Below are positions 11,762-23,771 of a stretch of DNA of 64,000 bases, one piece after another (within the stretch, counting starts at the first letter, position 1; each line of letters begins with the position of its first letter). A program made the position numbers and the translations under genes. The stretch comes from Sphaerodactylus townsendi. Taxonomy: Eukaryota. Under the pieces are notes generated by a model. That model made no database searches and was not told the origin of the DNA. It saw only the letters and a program-made list of their open reading frames with translations. The stretch lies in NCBI RefSeq assembly GCF_021028975.2, contig NC_059425.1, positions 122,388,001-122,452,000 of the forward strand, written 5' to 3'.

Positions 11762-11959
11762 CAGCGGTTCTCAACCTGTGGGTCGTGACCCCTTTGGGGG
11801 TTGAATGACCCTTTCACAGCGGTCGCCTAAGACCATCGGAAAACACATATTTCCGATGGTCTAAGGAACCGAGTCACAAATAATTTTATGGTTGGGGGTC
11901 AACACAACATGAGAAACTGTATTAAAGGGTCATGGCATTAGGAAGGTTGAGAACCACTG
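11762..11959 (+). mobile_element. SPIN (Space Invaders) hAT MITE
   Basis: Termini CAGCGGTTCTCAACCTGTGGGTCG...GGAAGGTTGAGAACCACTG and internal CCTAAGACCATCGGAAAACACATATTTCCGATGG match the recalled SPIN/URR1 consensus; TSD CCTTAGTG/CCTTAGTA. Confidence 0.88.
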
Positions 11960-13230
11960 CCTTAGTATATCCTCAGCTTCTCTCTCGCTCTTGCTCACTT
12001 GCCCTCACACATACACGAACAAAAGGAGAATCAAAAGTTAATGAAATGTAAGAGGCATGGTCTGAATGCGTCATTTTCATGCAAAGCTCAGATATAATGA
12101 AAATATAATCTTGCTAGCCTTTCCAAACTAATTTAACACTCATAGTGTGAGAGAAACCCATACTCTTAATGAGACCTTATTGAACAGCATAGCATTTCCT
12201 GAAAAATTACAAACCAGAATTTCTTTTGTTGAAGAATTGTGATTATCAGATTCAGCAGCAAATCAGGGAACTAAAATAGATATGATTAGCTTTTGAAACT
12301 TTTAAAAAAGGTATTCTTTCATAATAGTGTTTGCCATGTACTACAGTGTAAAAATGAATTATTTTAGCTTTAGCTTGAAGATATATTTGCAATTTGAACA
12401 CTCAAAATTTGTCCCAAAGGCAAAGAAAATAGATCTAATATTTTCTCTCACATAACAATCTGGGAAAATTACTGAACAGTTGTGCTAGAAAGGTTAACCA
12501 ACATTTTCAGATTCAAATCTAGAATTAAAATGTTATTCACCATTTTCAGATGGTTGGTTTCAGAATCATTTATTTCAATAAGATTATTTAAGTTAAAATT
12601 GTCTGAGCATGGCGTTTCAGTAGAACAATTCTAGTAGTCCTCTAATGTGGTTTGTTGGGGCTTGCATACTTCAGACTATGTTTGTTTTCATTTCATCCTT
12701 CAGTGATATGAATCATTCAAAAGTTCTGACCCCATTCCAAGAGAAATTGAAGCTAATAGCTACAATATGAGCAGCAATATTGGGAAACTCCCTGCTTTTC
12801 TGGCTGTTGTCATGGAACCAATTTGACTGGCAAGGGACTCTTTAGAAAGGCCAGTTTGGAATGTAAAGCCTCCCCCCCCCCCTTGGTTTTCCATCCAGAA
12901 ATGAGAAAACAGTTGGCTGAACATCTGCATAGGCTACTTTGATGGTTTCTTTGAAAATTCCTCCTCCTACAGTGATTATTTGTCAGTGGAGACATAATGT
13001 ATTCTGGTACTGTTCTCTTGCATTCCTGCTCCCAACTTTGCCAGAATATCATAGGAAAAACTACACTGTGTCACAATAAAATTGCAGTTCAAATACATGT
13101 CAAGTCTTTAAAATAATGCTAATTTTGTAGAAACTACAACAATCTTATTGACAGCTCATCTATTTGGAGTATGGGTTATATAGAAACATGTAGGACATAT
13201 ACATCACTGCTGGTGCCATGATATTGGGAT

Positions 13231-13560
13231 GGGGCTGTGGCTCAGTGGAAGAGCATCTGTGTGGCATGCAGAAGGCCTCAGGTTCAATTCCAAGTGTTTC
13301 TAGTTAAGAATCAGGATGTAATTGATATGAAAGATCTTGGAGTAAAACTCTGGAGACCTGCTGCCACTCAGGTCCTTCCACACATGCAGAATAATGCATT
13401 TTCAATCCACTTTCACAATTGTTTGAAAGTGGATTTTGCTATTTCGCACAGTAAAATCCAGCTGCAAACTGAATTGAAAGTGCATTATTCTACATGTGCA
13501 GAAAGGGCCTCAGAGTACATGATATTGACCTCAAAAAGGCAGCATTATGGTTTTATATGA
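13231..13560 (+). mobile_element. tRNA-derived SINE interrupted by a MITE at 13371-13509
   Basis: GGGGCTGTGGCTCAGTGGAAGAGCA...GGTTCAATTCC head; related degraded copies near 35725-35900 and 56460-56640. Confidence 0.65.
13371..13509. mobile_element. PIF/Harbinger-like palindromic MITE (family B)
   Basis: TIR GG.CCTTCC.CACA.GCA.AATAATGC; TSD TCA/TCA; same family as 28151, 28961, 30394 and 30642. Confidence 0.85.
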
Positions 13561-14744
13561 ACGTTTTTTGTATAATATATATTGGAATATACTGGTTCCA
13601 GATTCTTAAGATGGACCATTTCAGACACTTTATTCATGTTTCTGAATCAAGATTGAACCATTTGCCTGTGCCTGCAAGTTGAAAAGGTCTGGTTTAGCTC
13701 TACTATATCTATTGTCAACAAATTAAAAAATATTTTTATAGGAAGGGGAAAGCTGGCAGTATTTTGATACTACTTAAATGTCAGAAGAAATTAAGGGATT
13801 GTAATCAAGGACACAAACAGGGTGATTATGGGAAGACTTTTTCTCCCCCTCGTTATCCTTGCTGTCAAGAGACAGTGGCAATTTCTTCCTGTTTGTAGCC
13901 TGAACAATTACTTGCATAAACAATCAAAAGAACCCACTAATTTATTTCAGAGTCACTGGAACACAGTACAAGTGAGAAAAAAAACCCAATCATGGGGGGG
14001 GGGGGTTGCCTCAAAGAACACTGGTAACCTTGTCATAAAAAGGGCACATTTTGGCTTTCCAGTTTATGGGCAGCAGGTCCTTTTTGTCACAAAAGTAAAT
14101 AATTATCCCTCATAAATATAATGTAATTGCTCTATACAAAATTAAGTGCACCTAAGGTCACTGAAAATGATTCTGCATACGATTGACCCATAAATTGTAT
14201 AAATATATTTTCTGTTTTATTTATTTTAAGTGCTGCTCATTAAGTGGTGCTCATTTAAGAAGATAGCAACTCTGTTTTCTGTTTCTATCTCTGTTGAGAT
14301 GAAAAAGAGGAAAAACAAGTAAGAAAATAGTTTTAGTCATAACAAGAAAGAAGCATCCAAATGGTTACTTGCCAGGAATGTTTGGCTCTGAGCAGAAGAG
14401 CTAAAGTCAACAGGTTAGAAAATGTTGGTATGGCCTATTTTTGCTGAATTTTAGTTTTAGCTTGTCAGATACTTAGTGAATAATTGTTTCAGTTCTTTTG
14501 AAGTTCCAATGCAGGTGGAATTTGATTGCATCAAAGATCTGATTACAGAACTGTAAAGCAAAGACTATTATTACTACCTTAGTATGGTTATGTTAACGTT
14601 GGAGCCACTTACCTTTCAAAACAACTTGCAAATCATTTAAGAACACATTGTAAAAACAACTTGCATATCATTTAAGAACACAACGTAATTTTCTTTAATG
14701 GAAATAAGTTGTAGTTTACCTCAAGTAAACTACATTAAATTCAA

Positions 14745-14960
14745 TATGGTGGTTAGACTAGGATCTGGGAGATCCAGGTTGAAATCCCCACTCTGCCATG
14801 GAGCCTCGCTGAGTGATCTGGGACTAGCCACATACTCTCAGTCTAACATACTTCACATGGTTGTTGTGAGGATAAAATACAGCAGGGGCCAAAGATGTTG
14901 TAAGCCAATTTGGGTCCCTATTGGGGAGAAAAGTGGGATATACATTATAATAATAAAATA
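14745..14960 (+). mobile_element. Degraded Squam3-like SINE
   Basis: GGATCTGGGAGATCCAGGTTGAAATCCCCACTCTGCCATGG...GTTGTTGTGAGGATAAAA; related copies near 32515-32680, 37500-37590 and 41805-42010. Confidence 0.6.
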
Positions 14961-15524
14961 ATATGATTATTTCTGGTAACTAGGCTTGTGATTGTAACCT
15001 TTTGTGGTTCCAGACTTTTTGATTCTTTTCATTTCCTTCCTCATTTTATCCTAACTAATTTCTTTTAAAGTAATTTAAGCTAAGAGACTATTGGCCCAAA
15101 GATACCTACTAATCAAGATTTAATTTGGATTTCCCTTATTCATGTCTGACAGCCTTTTCACTACAGCACAATAGCTCTCCAAGTGAAATATGAATATGAT
15201 TTTTTGGGCTGTACCTGAAAAGTTCAACATGAGCTGCCCATATTGTTTGATAATGACAAAATTATTTTTACTTGCTACATTTCCACTACACTTTTCCCCT
15301 TGTAAGCTGCCCTGAGCCTGGCCTTTGGCTGGGGTAGGGCAGGAGATAAATACAACAATAACAGCAGCAGCAGCAACAGGGTGGCACTTGAAACATTTTC
15401 AAATATACAAAATCAACATCTATCAGATTCAAAAGGTAGCCCTGCTGGGATCTGCACAAATATTATGCCAATACATTACAACTTCCTAGACCTCTGAGTG
15501 AGGCTTGAATTGTAATGAAATGAA

Positions 15525-17160
15525 AGAGAATATAAGAACTATGTTATTTCCTAATATACCAATTAGTTGAAATCAAATTATAAATTAATCTGGAGAGAAG
15601 TTAAGGGAGACCTGGAAAAATGGGAAAAGACTCAATTTTCCCCCCTAGGAAAGACAGCATTGATAAAAAAATAATGTCTTACCTAAGATGATGTACCTCT
15701 TTCAGAATTTGCCAATTTCTTTACCAAAGAGTATTTCTGATAAATGGATAAAGGATATAACAAGTTTTTTTGCAAAAATAATAGAGCCAAAATAAAATAT
15801 GCAATAATGATTGATGAGAAAATGAGGGGAGGATTAGGCCTGCTGGGCCTACAAATAGACCGTTTTTCATAGTATTACTGGGAGTTTTATGTACCATGAG
15901 CCCAACACTCTAGTTTGGCTAAAAGACTGAATAACTTTAAGAGATTTAAGATTATTAGCCCTTGAAGGTTACGACTTATTAAGAGGCTGACACGCATACC
16001 TCTGGCCCAGGGGTAGGGAACCTGCGGCTCTCCAGATGTTCAGGAACTACAATTCCCATCAGCCTCTGTCAGCATGGCCAATTGGCCATGCTGGTAGGGG
16101 CTGATGGGAATTGTAGTTCCTGAACATCTGGAGAGCCGCAGGTTCCCTACCCCTGCTCTGGCCGAATAAAAATAATTTAGAGCAGAAACAATACAAATAC
16201 CATTTAATTAGGAAATCCCTTATTAAGATCTAGAATAAATATAAGAACAGGTTTTATACAAAAACACTAGGATGGATTTTGAGGGCGGAATCGCTCCAAA
16301 TCAAAGAATTTTATAAAAATTGGAACTGGCCAACTTACAGGGAAATTTTAATTAGAAAAAATGACATATTAAAAATGAAAGATAGGGAAGAGTTTCACAA
16401 TGGAGAAAAATGCTGTCAGTGGTATAGAATATTAAATTAAAAGAGGATTTTAAGAAAATCAGATAGGAGGAATACTCATGCAACCTGCTATATTTGAAGA
16501 ATAATTATGCAAAGATGAAAAAAGCTGATTAGTAAAATGTACAAAATGCTATTAGAATTGAAATCTGAAACAGAAGTGGTGAAAGAAACAAGGATTAGAT
16601 GGGCAACTGACATAAAAATAAATATTAGTTTAGAGGATTGGACAAAACTTTGGAGGAGAAATTATAAATTTATGTTGTCGATGAATCTGAAAGAAAGCAG
16701 CCTAGAGATGTTTCACAGATGGTATTATACCCCATAACAAATAGCGAAAATGAATAAAAATTTACATGATTATTGCTGGAAATGTAATAAAAATCTGGGA
16801 ACATTTGTACACATGTGTTGGGATTGCCCAAAAATATTGGAAAGAAATAATTCATGGGAAAATGTTCAAAGTAAAAATTAAGACGAAAGCAGAATTATTT
16901 TTGTTGGGTCTGACAGTTGATAAGAAGGTTTTGAAATATGATAAACTATTTATTTGTTTGATAATATTAGCAAGAAAAAGAATTAGCATGGAATTAGAAA
17001 AGAAAAAACATACCAATGTTAGAAGAATGGGAGCAGAAGATCCTACAAAAAAGAAATTGGACAAATTAACCTGGATACTGCAAGATCAAGTAGATCAATT
17101 TGGAAGTACTTGGAAACCGACTATCTCTTATTATAAAAACATGACAGTTAAATAAGTTTA
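15525..17160 (+). mobile_element. Degraded L1/Tx1-like LINE ORF2 C-terminal region
   Basis: A-rich broken frames including ..LEKWEK..LGKTALIK..VLPKMMYLFQNLPI..GGLGL and a CCHC-like region (CWKC..GTFVHMC); many stops and frameshifts. Confidence 0.75.
16008..16155. mobile_element. 148-bp palindromic hAT MITE (family A), nested in the LINE
   Basis: CAGGGGTAGGGAACCTGCGGCTCTCCAGATG...CAGGTTCCCTACCCCTG; 8-bp TSD CTCTGGCC. Confidence 0.92.
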
Positions 17161-17878
17161 ATTTAAATATCTTACTTGTTGGGCCAAAAGAAAAATATCT
17201 GTACAGGTATAGGTTTAGATTATTTTGGTAAGAAATTACTATTACATGTCAGTTTAGAATAACTGATTAAATTGTCATAGAAAATATAGTATATAAATCT
17301 TTTTTCTTTATATTCTCTTGTACGATATAATTAATCAAATGACATGATTGTGATTTAGATAAAGATTAGATAAAGATTTAATGTAAAGGTGAACTAGTAT
17401 AAAAGTATGTTATAAAATTTGACCATTTTCATAGTATAACTGGAAGTTTTATGTAACAAAGAATTTTGGATGAGGTTTCTTTTTCACTGAAAACTTTTCT
17501 TTTATAACTTTTATTCTTACTATCTTTTATTTTCTGCTTTTCTCTATTTTTCCTTTCCTTTCCTTATTTTGTCTCTATTAAGAATTGGTAGGCTTATTAG
17601 TACTAAGGAAAGTTCAACAAGGTGCTTCCTGTTAGTGTGCTGTTAAAATGTAATCACATTTTTATTAGATGCAACAGATATGGCAGTATTCTAGAGATGA
17701 CAGGTGGAAGAACAGCTGCATCCACATTTGATGACTAGGAAGCCAAGATTTTTTAAATAAATAAATAAATTTGAAACTGCTTTCAGTACTACAGCAAGAT
17801 ATTATTGCTCTCCAGTGGAATCTACAATCTGTTAACAGTCATTCTGGGCACCATGGGTAAAGAGGCTCTAGATTACAT

Positions 17879-17919
17879 CACCACCACCACCACCACCACC
17901 ACCACCACCACCACCACCC
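17879..17919. repeat. (CAC)n microsatellite
   Basis: Seen directly. Confidence 0.95.
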
Positions 17920-18019
17920 ATGGATCACAAATACACTGGTGACATTTCTAGATCTGGATCATGAGGAAAGAAGTCTTTGAAAGTTTTCAAGAAGACTTCA
18001 AACTCTTACACCACTTTAC

Positions 18020-18120
18020 CATCAACCTGCGCTTGGCCCTGGGCCGGTCACATAGCAAGATTGTTTTCGGGACACCATTGCACCTTCAGCCCTTCATCTG
18101 ATGCGCCCCGCGCTTTCTTC
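18020..18120 (-). other. CEP57L1: Candidate CEP57L1 first exon ending in ATG|GTAAAG
   Basis: Lies just downstream (minus strand) of the bidirectional promoter motifs; donor at 18020/18019. TSS not determinable from sequence. Confidence 0.45.
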
Positions 18121-18900
18121 TGGGACTTGTAGTTCCGTTTAAACCCGGAAGCTCCAAAGCTCCCGTTCATAGGCAGCCCCAGATGCAAACACCCGGAGAT
18201 TGGCTAGATTTAGAATAGGATTGGCTGAAACTGTTATCTATCATGTTCCCATGCAGCCGAGAAGCATTGCGCTCAGGAGTGAGGGGTGGCCCATCGTCGC
18301 CTCCCTCTGGGTGGGCAGCGGCAGCACTCGCCAAATAGGGCAAGGGGGGCGCCGTGGAGGGCGTCACCCGCTCGCAGTTCTTGGGTAGCGGGTCGTCCAG
18401 ACTTTCTTCCCTGACGAAGAAGCGGTGAGAGCCGGAGCTTCGGCGGCCCTCTTTTTCTCATGGGTCGCTTCTTGGCTTGGTCGAAGCGCGAGCCATTGGG
18501 GAGACAGAAGCCAGAGGGCGACCGGCGGTTCTGTGTTGGAAGCAAGCAAACCTGCATGGGGACTTTGCTCCGCTTTTCAAACCCTTGACGCTGCAAGCGG
18601 TTCCCGAGGACCAGCAGGGAGACGCCACCATTTGGCTGCCCGCTGTGCCCCCCGTTAAGTTTTCTTGGCTGCTTCACGCCACATCTAACCTTGTGGGTCC
18701 CACCCGGGCAGAGCCCCTTTCTCTTCACCATATACACTTCGACTCAGGAGAGGAGCTTCTTCCAGCCCCGTACCTTGTTCTAAGTTTTATGGGCTGTGGA
18801 AGTGGAGCGATTCGCCGTCTAAGCAGGGCAGCCCTCTCGCCGTCTCCGCCTCCCTCCTCTTGCTGCCGAGGGTGGGTGCACTTCTTTGCCAAACAGGCAT
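18030..18900. promoter_or_regulatory. Bidirectional CpG-island promoter CEP57L1/SESN1
   Basis: CpG-rich; ZNF143/SBS-type ACTACAAGTCCCAGAAG (minus, ~18117-18133), ETS CCGGAAG (~18145-18151), two GATTGGCT CCAAT boxes (~18198, ~18219). Confidence 0.85.
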
Positions 18901-19077
18901 CAGCATGAGGACTGACAGGTGACTGGAGTTTTCGAGGGTGTTTGGGGACCTTCCTTCCGTCCTTTCCTCCGGATTGTTTGGTATTCTTGCTCCTTTGATT
19001 TTTCCAACCATGACGACGAATTGAGGTTTTTGAAAAGGGTGAAGAGCATCTTCTGAATCGCGGTGTCTGCTGAAATA

Positions 19078-19386
19078 ATGGCTGCTGACCGAGATGGAGA
19101 AGTGAGGTGGGATGGGCTACGCAGCAGGGATGCCAACGCCAGAGACAGTGCCTTGGAAAACATCAGGCAAGCAGCCCTGAAGAAAAGTGAGGCTATGGCC
19201 CTTGCCAAAGAAAAAACGGCTCCTCCAGCAGCAGCAGTAGCAGCAGCAGCAGAAGGGCTCTTGCCTTCTGCTCATGGGGCTTCAGGTGGGCTGAACGAGA
19301 TGCTCGCACGTCTGCTGATGCTGTCCAAGAGGTGTCCCTTCCAAGATGTGAGAGAGAAGAGTGAGGCCATTCTGAGGAGTGTTCAG
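19078..19386 (+). CDS. SESN1: Sestrin-1 long isoform (T1), first coding exon, 103 aa
   Basis: MAADRDGEVRWDGLRSRDANARDSALENIRQ...LNEMLARLLMLSKRCPFQDVREKSEAILRSVQ matches recalled human SESN1 (EVRWDGLCSRD...ALENIRQ...LLMLSKRCPFKDVREKSEFILKSIQ); donor CAG|GTAAAA, phase 0. Confidence 0.95.
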
Positions 19387-22300
19387 GTAAAAATGTGGCT
19401 TGTATTTTTTTTTCTGCAGCCAGCAGGCCACTACAGTGTTGTCTTGAAAAGTACTTGGAGCTCTTCCCATTCATCTGCACATCTTGGAACCAGCTGGGAA
19501 CTAAGTTTTGCTGACTTCTGTGTGTCTTAGTTTTGTCTCATTATGCCTAGGATGCCTCACTATGCTTGCCAACTTTGTGTATGCTTAAAAAGAGAACTTA
19601 CATGTATCCCTTTATGTCACTTGGGAAGAGTGTGTGGGTCTTTTCTTATTTCCACAAAAGCCCAGTGTGGTAAGTTAGGTAAAGTTATAGTGATTAGCCC
19701 AAGATCATCCTGTAAACTTCATGGCTAAATTGTCTTGCCTAAAAGCCAAACTATTTTGACTGTTATAGATTTCACGTGATTGTTTATTCTAGAATGACTA
19801 TATTTTCTTAATGGATCTAGATGCTGTTGTATGCTACCCATTGCATTCAAGTTTTTCCATATTTTAGGTGTCTTTTAAAGACCAGATTTCTTTTCATTTA
19901 AAACTGAATTGCAGTGTCAACTGGCCACATATGGACCAACAAAGTGCTATTAAGACTTGCCAAGATTATATACTGTGGCATTCCACAACTGAGTTTCTTC
20001 TCTGCCCCTATTTTCCTTGTCTTATTTTAAAGCTTCTGACTCTGTGGTGATTAATTAATCACTTCCTGTTCCTTTCTGATGACTATTTGAAATATATTTT
20101 ATGGGCACTGTCTCTTTTAGAGGAAAGTATCCAAGGCATACAATGAAAGGTATAATTTCAGCCACTTGTTTCCAGTACAGTACTCCATATTGGCCTTAAC
20201 TTCATTTTTCCTTCCAAGAAAACAGTACTTGAATCTTAACCTTCAGAGAGGGCATTGCTAGTTTTGAAGGAATATATTCAACTACGGTATATTAATGCTA
20301 TTTGAAACCCACATTGCAGATCTACTTGAAGATTGATGCGTAAAAGGAATCTGGAGTGCAGAAAGGAAATCTTATGGTAACAGCCTGATTGTGGATTCAG
20401 GTTGCCAACAAAGGTCATTCTCAGCTCTGCTACTGGAGAAAATTTGGCTAGACTGTTTTGGACTGAGCCTTGGAGTGACAGAGCACTTAATATGTGCTCT
20501 GCTACTAAGCTTTGGTCTCTTTTTGAGTGACAAGGATGATTGTGCACTAGTGTTAAACTGTGATTTAACTTTTGAAGATACATTTATTAAAAAAAGACTT
20601 CATGTTAATTTAGGAGAATCCTAAATTATGAATCCTAAGAGCTCTGCCAGTGTTCCTACAGCTACGACTGAACCTGTTTGTACACTTGCGTAAAGTTATT
20701 AGAAATTCTCATTCAAAACCTCAGTCTAGTATTTTTATAAAATCAGGCATTAGTAATCATCTTTAGTGATCTTGATATACATAAGCCTGATATCTTTGCA
20801 GGCATTCTGAACAGTTGTGAATGAATCTAAACAGTTAAAAAAATGTGGATGTTTTGAAGCACGGCAGAGAGACTGGTTTTTAGCAAAAAATGGAATTTCT
20901 GCAAAAATCCAATACTTTCTTATTGAAGTTGAAGTGTTTTTACTGCTTTAACAGCATAAATATATCTTAAAATAGAATTTACAAGTATAAATGCTATAGT
21001 TTTATACAAGCAATATTACAAATATATCTAACGTTTGAGAGAGAGAGCAACAAACTGTTTCATCTTGTGCTACTTTTGCATACATATCTTAATTTTTACC
21101 ATTGGAGAGACAGGATAAATCTTTTGAAAATAGTAAACAACTTTTTAAAGAAACAAATGAAAGAATCTTTGGGTAGAAACAGTTTCATCCAGTCACAATA
21201 GGTTTAGCAAGACAATTCATTAAACTTTATAATAGTGAAGATGCTCAAATCTTCACTAATGCATGCACATTATATTAACTCTTTGCTGCATATAAAAAAT
21301 GAATGTATCTTTGAAATATGTTGTTCATGTGTACAGTGCTCACTTATGGTGATCTGCAGCATTACATAGCTTTATAGTAGACATTCAGAGTAACTCCTCA
21401 AATGGGATCTTTAAGATTAACAGCCCAATGGGGGTGGGGAGGGAAGTGAAGTGAAGTGAAGGGACTTGGGGAATCAGCATGTCACTCTGACAATGGGTGC
21501 CCACCTCACCAGTGCAAGTGGTAAAATGCTATCAGAGGGTGCAAAGAGGGCAGCAGGTAGGTGCCGCACAGCTTGACGGCCCCAGACCTGGACGCTTGGG
21601 CCTCAGAGTTGCGCTGGCCTAAAGCTGACTGTCAGTACAGGTGGGGGCAGGCTATGGGTGGAATTGACTTTGAAGAAGATCAGCTTAAGCTCGGAATGAG
21701 CGAATTCCCCGCATTAACAGCGCCTTGGCTTAAGCCCCCCTCAAAGGGTGGCACGAGTCTGATTTGAGCTGTGAAGGGCTTTCAGGGGACTGGGGTTTTT
21801 CTTCTTTTCGCTGCCTCCCTTCGCCACCTGGAAGCCCTCTTGGAGGTGGCATGGTGAAGTAGCAGCAACACTGTCTATGGCTGCTAGAGCCCTCTGGATT
21901 GGGTCAGATTTCTGAGTCAGATTTCATCTTGTCTTAAAAACCATGTCACTTGTTCCAAAAATATATATAATGTTTAACACACACACACCCCCTTTTGTGC
22001 TTTCATAATTTTCGGTAAGCTATGCAAACTATGGTTGGTAAGAATAGTTATCCATGGAGCAGATAACCTAGTTCCATTTATTTGCAGGTGAAAAATACAA
22101 GCCATTGCACTGTTACATTTATTCCCTTTTCCCCAGATCTTGTAATAGGGTAGGTTCTTTTGGGTTTTAGTATGGTGTGAGTTTAATGTTGTTTGGCAGT
22201 GGATACAGAAGTAATTTAATGCATCAGTCCTGACAATTTCAATGTGCACATCTCTACTTGCTTTTGATATATTTTGTGCCTGCGACTGCCATTTTTGAGC

Positions 22301-23420
22301 ACTTTCTTCATTGCAAAAATGATGTTCACTGTTCAGATAACTGGGTTGTATATGGGCTGTTTTGCATAGAACCGTGCTACTATATTAGGAGTGGTTTAAT
22401 TTGCCATCAGTACAAATGCCAACTGAATATAATTGTGACTTGTTCCCTGACAAAGTTGAGGCAACCGATGAGCAGCATGAAGCTTATCTTGGGTTGCCTA
22501 GCATCGAATGTGACTTCAGGCATGGAAGGTTTATCTTTCAGCTATACTTTTTGCTTTGATAAAGGACTGTGTGTTGGAAAGGGGAGAAGGGCAGTTACAA
22601 AAGGGGAAGGAAACCGTGTTTCCATGTCATAAATTTTAAAATCAGTTTTCCCTTTCATTAAGTGTGGCTTGCTTTGTAAAAATTAAATATGCTGAGATCA
22701 CTCTGAAAGCTGGCAGTCGAGTTGCTTCAGGTTGATTGCTAATTTATTTGGCATATGCAACTGAAGTCTTTATGCTAAGAATAGGCTGACATTGGCTATT
22801 ACATGTATCTACCCTATCAGAACGTGTTAATGTTAGATGATCCTGATGGGATAGGAGGGGAAGGTACAATTTTGCTTCTCACCTATAGAGAAAATATTAG
22901 AATAAAGGATTGCTTGATCCCAGTCTCTGTGTTATATACGCCTGAAGATATAGTTTGTACATTGTCAAACAGAGAATGCCCTATACCAAGATCCACCTAG
23001 TGTATCATTTGTAATAATAATCCCAGTCATCCTTAGCTGGTCCATTGTTAATTAAGCAGTGGCCCACTGATGGCATGTATCTACTTTCTATCCGTACCTG
23101 GTTGGTATTAGAGAGTTTTCCTTTAAATGTTTTAAATGTTATAGGTAAAATGTTCTTGCTATGGTGCACAGAGAACAGTTGAAAAGAATGTTTGATTTAA
23201 GTGACCCTTGTTTTTAGGATGACACATGCAGAAAATGTTATGTAGAGCAGCTATGTGTTGTTCCTAAATTAACATTAGAATTTTCCATCCATTTTGCCAA
23301 CTCAGAGCAGTGTGCTTAATGTGGCAATCGTCAAATGGAACATTCAAAAATATCTTGCAGTATGTTTGTATAATGAATGCTTTCTTGTAGTACATCAGAT
23401 TCTGTTTCTAGGGTCTATCT

Positions 23421-23568
23421 CAGGGGTAGGGAACCTGCGGCTCTCCAGATGTTCAGGAACTACAATTCCCATCAGCCCCTACCAGCATGGCCAATTGGCC
23501 ATGCTGGTAGGGGCTGATGGGAATTGTAGTTCCCGAACATCTGGAGAGCCGCAGGTTCCCTACCCCTG
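23421..23568. mobile_element. 148-bp palindromic hAT MITE (family A)
   Basis: Near-identical to 16008-16155; TSD GTCTATCT. Confidence 0.92.
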
Positions 23569-23632
23569 GTCTATCTAGTCTTGATTAAAAAATTTTTTTC
23601 ATTAACATTGAAGAATTTTCAAGTACCTAGAT

Positions 23633-23771
23633 CAGTGGTGGCAATCCTATGGCACTTTAGATGTTCATGGACTACAATTCCCATCAGCCCATGCCAGCAT
23701 GGCCAATTGGCAGGGGCTGATGGGAATTGTAGTCCATGAACATCTGGAGTGCCATAGGTTCGCCACCACAG
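23633..23771. mobile_element. Palindromic hAT MITE related to family A (different outer TIR)
   Basis: CAGTGGTGGC...GCCACCACAG; shares the core ACTACAATTCCCATCAGCC; TSD ACCTAGAT. Confidence 0.88.

Noticed and set aside
13231-13300. Possible tRNA gene
   Set aside because: A/B-box head of a SINE with degenerate stems, continuing into a SINE body.
14618-14682. Short tandem duplication (also 59650-59698)
   Set aside because: Ordinary slippage duplication with no sign of function.
19387-19530. ORF-track extension of SESN1 past the donor, and the GTG start at 19063
   Set aside because: Homology stops at the GT donor at 19387; ATG 19078 aligns with the known start.
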